DNA of 64,000 nt from an uncultured Acidobacteriota bacterium (GTDB lineage Bacteria; Acidobacteriota; Thermoanaerobaculia; UBA5066; DATFVB01): assembly GCA_963813155.1 (NCBI GenBank), contig CAWEYG010000002.1, forward strand, positions 736,001-800,000. Direction: 5' to 3'. Shown here piece by piece: positions 27,184-34,983 of this stretch (position 1 is its first letter; every line of letters starts with the position of its first letter). A model generated the notes under the pieces. It made no database searches. It was given only the letters and a program-made list of their open reading frames with translations, and was not told where the DNA came from. The position numbers and the translations under genes were made by a program.

Positions 27184-29793
27184 ATGACCATTTCCGCCGG
27201 CACGAAACTCGGCCCTTATGAAATCCTCGCGCCGATCGGCGCCGGGGGCATGGGCGAGGTCTACAAAGCGCGCGACACGCGGCTCGGGCGGGAAGTCGCC
27301 ATCAAGGTCCTGCCGGAGAATCTCGCGAGCGACGCCGATGCAAGGGCACGGTTCGAACGGGAAGCCCAGGCGGTCGCGGCGCTGTCGCACCCGAACATCC
27401 TCGCGATCCACGATTTCGGAATCGAAAACGGCGTCGCGTACTCCGTGACGGAGCTCCTCGACGGGGAGACCCTTCGCTCGAGGATCTCCGGCTCGCCGCT
27501 CCCGGGCCGCAAAGCGCTCGACTTCGGTCTCCAGATCGCGCGCGGACTCGCGGCTGCCCACGAGCGGGGAATCGTCCACCGCGACCTGAAGCCCGAGAAC
27601 GTCTTCCTGACGAAAGACGGCCACGTGAAGATCCTCGACTTCGGCCTGGCGCGGATGACCGGCTTCGCCGGCTTCGGCGCCGCGACGAACGCCCCGACGG
27701 TCGAAGCCGCGGGAACGGCGCCGGGCACGGTCATGGGAACGGTCGGGTACATGTCGCCGGAGCAGGTTCGGGGGCGCGAAGCCGATCATCGGACGGACAT
27801 CTTCTCGTTCGGAGCCGTCCTCTACGAGATGTTGTCGGGCCGCCGCGCCTTTCGAGGAGACAGCGCGGCCGACACGATGACTGCAATCCTAAAGGAAGAG
27901 CCGCCCGATCTGTCAGAAACGAACCAGGCCGTTCCGGCCGCGCTCGAGAGGCTCGTCCACCACTGCCTCGAGAAGAACCCCGAAGACCGGTTTCAATCCG
28001 CGCGAGACCTCGCCTACGACCTCGAGGCCGTGTCGGGCCTTTCCGCGTCTGACTCGCGGGCCGCGAAGGCGCGCGGAGGCTTCCCGCGCCTGCCGAAGGT
28101 CGCGCTGCCGGCCGCGGCGGCCGCCGTGGTTGTCGCCCTCGCGATCGGTTGGTTCGCGGCGAAACGCCTCGGCCCGAAGGGCGGGGCGGAGAACGCGAAT
28201 TTCCGGCAACTGACGTTCCGGCGCGGATTCGTCGGGTCCGCGCGTTTCGCGCCCGACGGGCAGTCCGTCGTCTTCTCCGCCGAGTGGGACGGCCAACCCG
28301 CCGAAGTGTTCCTGAAGCGGCCCGACTCTCCGGACGCGCTCTCCCTGCAACTCCCCCCCTCGGAAGTGCTCGCGGTCTCCCCGAGCGGGCAGGCCGCGAT
28401 CGCGCTCGATTGCAAACAGGTCCACAACGGCGCCTGCGCCGGCACTCTCGCCGTCGTGCCGCTCTCCGGAGGTGCTCCGCGCCCGCTGGAGGACGGAGTC
28501 CAGTGGGCCGAGTGGTCTCCCGACGGAAGCTCGATGGCGATCGTTCACGAGACCGAGGGGAAGGCGAAGCTCGAGTACCCCGTCGGGAAAGTCCTTTACG
28601 AAAACGCCGGCCACATCAGCTGGCCCCGCTTCTCGCCCGACGGAAAGACGATCGCGATCTTCGACCACCCGTTTGGAATCGACGACCGCGGCGCCGTCGC
28701 CCTCATCGACCTGGCCGGCCGCCGGACGAAGCTCTCGCGCGACTACGAAAGTGTCCAGGGGCTCGCGTGGTCGCCCGACGGGCGGGAGGTCTGGTTCTCC
28801 GGCGCCGAGTCGGGGACGGGACGCGCGCTCCGGGCGGTGACGCTTTCCGGAAAGGAACGGGTCGTTTCCAAGGTTCCCGGCGGCCTCACGCTTCGCGACA
28901 TTTCGAAGACCGGTCTCGTGCTCTTGAGCCACGAGAACGTTCGAAAGGGAATCATGGGGCTCGGCCCGGGCCAGACGAAGGAGAAGGAGCTCTCGTGGCT
29001 CGAATGGTCGCTTCCGTACGACCTCTCGCGGGACGGGACGACGCTTCTGTTCAATGAGCAGGGCCAGGCGACCGGAGACAACTATGCCGTCTGTATTCGA
29101 AAGACGGACGGATCCCCCGTCGTGCGCCTCGGAGACGGGATTCCCCGCGCGCTCTCCCCCGACGGCAAGTGGGTGATCGCGAACCTTCCGAAGCCGGGAG
29201 CGCCGTTGGCGCTTCTCCCGACGGGGACCGGCCAACCCCGCGACCTGCCGACGGGAAATCTCTCCCAGTTCGGCAGCGTTCTCTGGCTTCCCGACAGCCG
29301 CCGCTTCGTTTTCGGCGCCAACGAGCCAGGACCATCGAGGCGGGTTTTCCTCCAGGACATCGACGGGGGCGCGCCTCGCGCGGTGTCTCCCCAGGGTGTC
29401 GCAATTCCCGGTTTCGGCCTTTCGGCCGACGGAAAGACCCTTTACCTCCCCGGGGCCGACGGGAAGCCGCTCGCCTATCCTCTCGAGGGCGGGGCAGCAC
29501 CGGCGCCCGCGTTCCCGCACGTCGACTTCGCGAGCCTCGCGGACTTTCAGCCGATCAGCGCCAGCGGCGACGGCCGTTTCATCTTCTTCCGCGACGTGGG
29601 GAAGGTTCCCGTCTCGGTCTACCGGGTCGACGTCGAAACCGGAAAGAAGGAGCTGATGCGCGAGCTGAGCCCGGGCGATCCGGCCGGGCTGCAGGGGATC
29701 GGCCAGATCCACCTCTCGGCCGACGGGCGGTACTACGTCTACGGTTACACGCGGGCGCTCTCGGACCTCTATGCCGTCGACGGTCTGAAATAG
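27184..29793 (+). CDS. Ser/Thr protein kinase + TM + beta-propeller (K4)
   Basis: HRDLKPEN, DFG; TM VALPAAAAAVVVALAIGWFA; ends LSDLYAVDGLK. Confidence 0.95.
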   Translation: MTISAGTKLGPYEILAPIGAGGMGEVYKARDTRLGREVAIKVLPENLASDADARARFEREAQAVAALSHPNILAIHDFGIENGVAYSVTELLDGETLRSRISGSPLPGRKALDFGLQIARGLAAAHERGIVHRDLKPENVFLTKDGHVKILDFGLARMTGFAGFGAATNAPTVEAAGTAPGTVMGTVGYMSPEQVRGREADHRTDIFSFGAVLYEMLSGRRAFRGDSAADTMTAILKEEPPDLSETNQAVPAALERLVHHCLEKNPEDRFQSARDLAYDLEAVSGLSASDSRAAKARGGFPRLPKVALPAAAAAVVVALAIGWFAAKRLGPKGGAENANFRQLTFRRGFVGSARFAPDGQSVVFSAEWDGQPAEVFLKRPDSPDALSLQLPPSEVLAVSPSGQAAIALDCKQVHNGACAGTLAVVPLSGGAPRPLEDGVQWAEWSPDGSSMAIVHETEGKAKLEYPVGKVLYENAGHISWPRFSPDGKTIAIFDHPFGIDDRGAVALIDLAGRRTKLSRDYESVQGLAWSPDGREVWFSGAESGTGRALRAVTLSGKERVVSKVPGGLTLRDISKTGLVLLSHENVRKGIMGLGPGQTKEKELSWLEWSLPYDLSRDGTTLLFNEQGQATGDNYAVCIRKTDGSPVVRLGDGIPRALSPDGKWVIANLPKPGAPLALLPTGTGQPRDLPTGNLSQFGSVLWLPDSRRFVFGANEPGPSRRVFLQDIDGGAPRAVSPQGVAIPGFGLSADGKTLYLPGADGKPLAYPLEGGAAPAPAFPHVDFASLADFQPISASGDGRFIFFRDVGKVPVSVYRVDVETGKKELMRELSPGDPAGLQGIGQIHLSADGRYYVYGYTRALSDLYAVDGLK

Positions 29794-29887
29794 AAAACCG
29801 CGCTCCGCGGTATGATCCGGGCTCGGATCAATGACACTCTCAACCGAAAGAAATGACGACCCTGTTTTTGGTTAGAATTTCCAACGG

Positions 29888-32488
29888 ATGACATTACCCG
29901 CCGGAACGAAGCTCGGCCCGTTCGAGATTCTCGCGCCCATCGGCGCGGGCGGAATGGGAGAGGTCTATCGAGCGCGGGACAGCCGCCTCGGCCGGGAAGT
30001 CGCCGTGAAGGTGCTGCCCGTCGAGTTTTCGGCCGATGCGGAGCGCCGAAGGCGTTTCGAGCAGGAGGCCCGCTCCGCGTCGGCGCTGAACCACCCGAAC
30101 ATCGTCACGATCCACGAGATCGGATCGACCGACTCCACGATTTACATCGCGATGGAGCTCCTCGAAGGGAGAACTCTCCGAGAGGTGCTGCACGGAAATG
30201 CTCTTCCCACGAAAAAGCTCCTCGATCTCGCCTGCCAGATCTCCGACGGACTCGCCCGGGCGCACGCCGCCGGGATCGTCCACCGCGATCTGAAGCCGGA
30301 GAACGTGATGGTTTCCCGCGACGGAGTCGCAAAGATCCTCGACTTCGGCCTCGCGAAGCTCGTGAAAACCTCCGACGGGGAAGCCTCGGACCTTCCCACC
30401 CGGACGCAGGGCACCGAGGCCGGGGCCGTGATGGGAACAGCGGGCTACATGTCGCCGGAGCAGGCGAGCGGGAGACCCGTGGACTTCCGGACCGACCAGT
30501 TCTCGCTGGGATCGATCTTCTACGAGATGGCGACGGGAAAGAGGGCGTTCCATCGTTCGACGAACGCCGAGACGTTGACCGCGATCATCCGCGAAGAAGT
30601 CGAGCCCGTCGCCCAGATTAACGCCGCGGTCCCGGCGCCGTTTCGATGGATCGTCGAGCGGTGCCTTCAAAAGGACCCCGAGGAGCGCTACGCCTCGACG
30701 CGGGATCTCGCTCGGGACGTCCGGGATGCGCGCGACCATCTGTCGGAATCCGCGGGCTCCGGAGCCGTCTCGGGGAGAGTCGCCGCGTCCCCGGCGAAGC
30801 GCGCGGGGCGTCCGGCGCGCGCGGTGGCCGCGGTCGCCGCAATCGCGGGCGCGCTTCTCCTGGGAATGTTCCTCGAGAAGAAGATCAGCCGCCCGGTTCC
30901 CCCCTCGTACCAGCAGATCACGTTCGGCAGCGGCACGATCCGTTCGGCCCGGTTCGCTCCGGACGGTCAGACTCTCGTCTACAGCGCCTCCTGGAACGGC
31001 GGCCCGCTGAAGATCTTTCTCAAACACCCGAGCAGCCCCGACTCTCTGCCGCTCGAATTGCCGACCGCAAACCTCCTCTCGATCTCTCCCTCGGGCGAAA
31101 TGGCAATCGCTCTCGACTGCCAGTCGAACCATCCCGGCGTCTGCGCCGGAAAGCTCGCGCGGGCAGCCCTGACCGGCGGAGCGCCCCGCGACGTCGCCGA
31201 CGGCATCCAGGAAGCGGACTGGTCCTCCGACGGGAGCTCCCTTCTCCTCGTGCGCGACTCGGACGGAAAGTCGCTGATCGAGTATCCGATGGGCAAGGTC
31301 CTCTACCGGACCTCCGGACACGTCAGCTACGCGCGCCTTTCCCCGAAGGGGGATCGGATCGCGTTCATGGATCATCCCTTTCCGCTGGACGACGCGGGAA
31401 CCGTCGCCGTCGTGGACTTGAACGGGAACAAGAAGACGTTGACCGGCAAATGGGCCAGCGAAGGGGGCCTCGCCTGGTCGGCGTCGGGCGACGAGATCTG
31501 GTTCACGGCCACCGAGGCGGGCGCCAATCGCTCACTCTACGGGGTGACGCTGACCGGCCGGATGCGCGTCGTCGCCCGCGTGCCCGGAGGACTGAAGCTG
31601 CACGACATCGCGCGCAACGGCCGCGTGCTGCTGACCCGGGAAAGCCCGCGCGTCGGCATTCTCGGCATGCTCCAGGGCGACGCGAAGGAAAGCGACATGT
31701 CGTTTCTCGACTATTCCTTCGCGGCCGACATGGGCGTCGACTCGCACGCGCTCCTTTTCGACGAGGAGGGAGAAGCGGGCGGGGCAAACTACACGGTCTA
31801 TCTGCGCAAGTCGGATCACTCGCCCGTCGTGCGGCTCGGCGAAGGCAACGCGCTCTCCCTCTCCCCCGACGGCAAGTGGGCCCTGTCCATCATGCCCGTT
31901 CCGAATTCTCCCTTCCGCCTGCTCGCCACGGGAACGGGAGAGCCGCGTCTCCTTTCGATCGGCAGCATCAACCCCGAACAGGCGGCGACCTGGTTCCCCG
32001 ATAGCCGGCAAATCCTCTTCGCCGGGAGCGAGGCCGGCCACGGGCTTCGCCTCTATCGGCTCGGCATCGACGGCGGGAGCCCCCACGCGATCACGCCCGA
32101 GGGGATCACCGTGGGCCTTCCGGGATTCGCGGTTTCCCCGGATGGAAAGTTCGTGGCCGCCGTCGCGGCCGATCACAAGGCCATGCTCTTTCCCGTCGAG
32201 GGCGGTACTCCCCGCCCGATCCCCGGCGTCGCCGACGGGGAATTTCCGCTGCGTTTCTCGCCGGACGGGCGCTCGATCTTCGCCTGGAAACGGGGCGAGA
32301 TTCCGGCGCGCGTCCCGCGCGTCGACATCGGATCGGGACACCGCGAGATCTGGAAGGAGCTCCTCCCCGTCGACCCGGCGGGCGTCGAGCGAATCTCGAA
32401 CGTCGTCGTCAGCGCCGATGGAAAAGGCTACGCCTACTGTTACGCGCGCTTGCTGTCCGACCTCTTCGTCGTCGAAGGGCTGAAGTAG
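29888..32488 (+). CDS. Ser/Thr protein kinase + TM + beta-propeller (K5)
   Basis: HRDLKPEN, DFG; TM AVAAVAAIAGALLLGMFL; ends LSDLFVVEGLK. Confidence 0.95.
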   Translation: MTLPAGTKLGPFEILAPIGAGGMGEVYRARDSRLGREVAVKVLPVEFSADAERRRRFEQEARSASALNHPNIVTIHEIGSTDSTIYIAMELLEGRTLREVLHGNALPTKKLLDLACQISDGLARAHAAGIVHRDLKPENVMVSRDGVAKILDFGLAKLVKTSDGEASDLPTRTQGTEAGAVMGTAGYMSPEQASGRPVDFRTDQFSLGSIFYEMATGKRAFHRSTNAETLTAIIREEVEPVAQINAAVPAPFRWIVERCLQKDPEERYASTRDLARDVRDARDHLSESAGSGAVSGRVAASPAKRAGRPARAVAAVAAIAGALLLGMFLEKKISRPVPPSYQQITFGSGTIRSARFAPDGQTLVYSASWNGGPLKIFLKHPSSPDSLPLELPTANLLSISPSGEMAIALDCQSNHPGVCAGKLARAALTGGAPRDVADGIQEADWSSDGSSLLLVRDSDGKSLIEYPMGKVLYRTSGHVSYARLSPKGDRIAFMDHPFPLDDAGTVAVVDLNGNKKTLTGKWASEGGLAWSASGDEIWFTATEAGANRSLYGVTLTGRMRVVARVPGGLKLHDIARNGRVLLTRESPRVGILGMLQGDAKESDMSFLDYSFAADMGVDSHALLFDEEGEAGGANYTVYLRKSDHSPVVRLGEGNALSLSPDGKWALSIMPVPNSPFRLLATGTGEPRLLSIGSINPEQAATWFPDSRQILFAGSEAGHGLRLYRLGIDGGSPHAITPEGITVGLPGFAVSPDGKFVAAVAADHKAMLFPVEGGTPRPIPGVADGEFPLRFSPDGRSIFAWKRGEIPARVPRVDIGSGHREIWKELLPVDPAGVERISNVVVSADGKGYAYCYARLLSDLFVVEGLK

Positions 32489-32492
32489 GGTC

Positions 32493-34973
32493 GTGACCCT
32501 TCCCGCCGGTACGAAGCTCGGTCCCTACGAAATCCTCGCGCCGATCGGCGCCGGCGGGATGGGCGAGGTGTATCGCGCCCGCGACTCCCGACTGAACCGC
32601 GACGTCGCCGTCAAAGTGCTCCTGAGCGACGCCGCGGCGAGCCCGGAGCGCCGGTCGCGCTTCGAGAAGGAAGCCCGGGCCGCCTCGGCGCTGAACCACC
32701 CGAACATCGTCTCGATCTACGACATCGGGGAAGCGGGCGAGATCACTTACATCGCGATGGAGCTCGTCGACGGCGCGACTCTGCGGGACTCGCTCCCGGC
32801 GGGCCCGCTCCCGGCGAAGAAGATTCTCGATCTCGCCGTGCAGATCGCCGACGGTCTCGCGAAGGCGCACGCGGCCGGAATCGTCCACCGGGACCTGAAG
32901 CCGGAAAACGTGATGCTGTCGAAAGACGGTTTCGTGAAGATCCTCGACTTCGGGCTCGCGAAGCTCGTCGAGACGGCGGCCTCCGAGCTGTCGGACCTCC
33001 CGACGGGGACGACTCCCGGAATGATCATGGGCACCGCCGGATACATGTCGCCCGAGCAGGCCGCCGGGCGGGCGCTCGACTTCCGGTCGGACCAGTTTTC
33101 CTTCGGCGCGATCCTCTACGAAATGGCGACCGGCAAACGCGCCTTTCGGCGCGACACGGCCGCCGAAACGCTGACCGCGATCATTCGCGAGGAGCCGCAG
33201 TCCGTCTCCCAACTCCAGCCCAGGAGCCCCGCGCCGCTGCGGTGGATCATCGAACGATGCCTCAACAAGGAGCCGGAGGAGCGCTACGCCTCGACGAAAG
33301 ACCTGGCGCGCGACCTCGACACTCTCCGCGACCATCTTCCGGAGGCGACGATGTCGGGCGAGATGCCCGCCGCGGCCCCGGAGCAGCCGAACGTCGCGGC
33401 GTTTCAGCGGCTTTCGTTTCAACGCGGGACGATCCTGTCGGCGCGCTTCGCGCCGGACGGGCGCACGGTCATCTACGGCGCCTCCTGGGACGGCAACCCG
33501 ACGCGCCTTTTCTCGACCCGGCCGGAGAGCCCGGAATCGAGCGCGTTGATGCTGCCGGACGCCGAGATCCTTTCGATCTCCGCCAACGGGATGATGGCCA
33601 TCTCGCTCGAGCGTCACTGGGCCGGGCGTTTCATCTGGAGCGGAACGCTCGCGCAGGTGTCCATGCTCGGCGGCGCGCCGCGGGAAATTCTCGAAGACGT
33701 CCAGTGGGCCGACTGGGCGCCCGACGGCGCGTCGCTCGCGATCGCCCGAAACGTGGGCGGCAAGAACCGGATCGAGTTCCCGATCGGAACCGTCCTTTTC
33801 GAAACGGCGGGATGGGTGAGCCATCCGCGGGTCTCGCCCGACGGCTCGCTCGTCGCGTTCGTGATTCATCCCGTTCACGGGAACGACATGGGATCGGTCT
33901 GCGTCGTCGACCGGAGCGGCCGCGTCCGCACGCTCACAAACGACTGGGTGACGGTGTACGGCCTGGCCTGGCCCCGCCACGGCAAGGAGATCTGGTACAC
34001 GGCCACGCGCGCCGGGGTCGCGCGCGCGATCTGGGCGGTTTCACTCTCCGGCGAGACGCGCATGCTCCTGCGCACGCCGGGCGAGCTGACGATCCACGAC
34101 GTTTCGAAAGACGGCGGCGTTCTCGTCACGAGCGACAACGGCAAGGTCGGAATCGTCGGCCTGCCGCCCGGCCAGGAGAAGGAGCGCGACCTCTCGCTGC
34201 TCGACTGGTCGCGCGTCTGCGATCTGTCGCCCGACGGAAAGACCGTTCTCTTCGACGAGTCGGGCGAAGGCAGCGGCGCCGCGGGGGGAGTCTTCGCCCG
34301 AAAAACCGACGGCTCGCCCGCCGTCCGCCTCGGCGACGGCCGCGCGGGGTCGTTCTCTCCGGACGGCAAGTGGGTCGTTTCGCTCGCCCAGCTGCCGCCG
34401 CACAATGCGCGGCTCCTTCCGGTCAAGGCCGGCACGCCCCGGGAGATGGAGCACGGCGGACTCGCGGTGCACGCCGCCCGCTGGCTGCCGGACGGCCAGC
34501 ACGTTCTCCTGCTCGCGAACGAGCCGGACGCAGGCTTGAAGCTCTACATCCAGAACCCCGACGCCGGCCCGCCGCGGCCGATCACGCCCGAGGGAACGGG
34601 TGTCGGATTCTTCCCCGTCTCGCCGGACGGAAAATTCGTCGTCGCGCAGGGCCCGGATCACCTGTTTTCGCTCTATCCGCTCGACGGCGGCGAGGCGCAG
34701 CCGATTCCGACGCTGACTTCCGACGACCGCCCGATTCGCTGGACGCCGATGGGCAATTCCCTCTACGTCTTCCGGCGCGGCGACCTCCCGTCGCAGGTGA
34801 CGAGGCTCGACCTGGGCACGGGCCGCAAGGAGCGAGTGCTCGATCTCATGCCGCCCGATCCCGCCGGAGTCGTGGAAATCGTCTCGGTCCAGCTCACCCC
34901 CGACGCGGCTTCCTACGCCTACAGCTACCATCGCATACTCTCGGACCTGCTTCTGGTTGAAGGCTTGAAATAG
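32493..34973 (+). CDS. Ser/Thr protein kinase + beta-propeller with no TM helix (K6)
   Basis: Intact kinase motifs; the linker HLPEATMSGEMPAAAPEQPNVAAFQRLSF has no hydrophobic span; ends LSDLLLVEGLK. Confidence 0.93.
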   Translation: MTLPAGTKLGPYEILAPIGAGGMGEVYRARDSRLNRDVAVKVLLSDAAASPERRSRFEKEARAASALNHPNIVSIYDIGEAGEITYIAMELVDGATLRDSLPAGPLPAKKILDLAVQIADGLAKAHAAGIVHRDLKPENVMLSKDGFVKILDFGLAKLVETAASELSDLPTGTTPGMIMGTAGYMSPEQAAGRALDFRSDQFSFGAILYEMATGKRAFRRDTAAETLTAIIREEPQSVSQLQPRSPAPLRWIIERCLNKEPEERYASTKDLARDLDTLRDHLPEATMSGEMPAAAPEQPNVAAFQRLSFQRGTILSARFAPDGRTVIYGASWDGNPTRLFSTRPESPESSALMLPDAEILSISANGMMAISLERHWAGRFIWSGTLAQVSMLGGAPREILEDVQWADWAPDGASLAIARNVGGKNRIEFPIGTVLFETAGWVSHPRVSPDGSLVAFVIHPVHGNDMGSVCVVDRSGRVRTLTNDWVTVYGLAWPRHGKEIWYTATRAGVARAIWAVSLSGETRMLLRTPGELTIHDVSKDGGVLVTSDNGKVGIVGLPPGQEKERDLSLLDWSRVCDLSPDGKTVLFDESGEGSGAAGGVFARKTDGSPAVRLGDGRAGSFSPDGKWVVSLAQLPPHNARLLPVKAGTPREMEHGGLAVHAARWLPDGQHVLLLANEPDAGLKLYIQNPDAGPPRPITPEGTGVGFFPVSPDGKFVVAQGPDHLFSLYPLDGGEAQPIPTLTSDDRPIRWTPMGNSLYVFRRGDLPSQVTRLDLGTGRKERVLDLMPPDPAGVVEIVSVQLTPDAASYAYSYHRILSDLLLVEGLK

Positions 34974-34983
34974 GAGGCCACCG

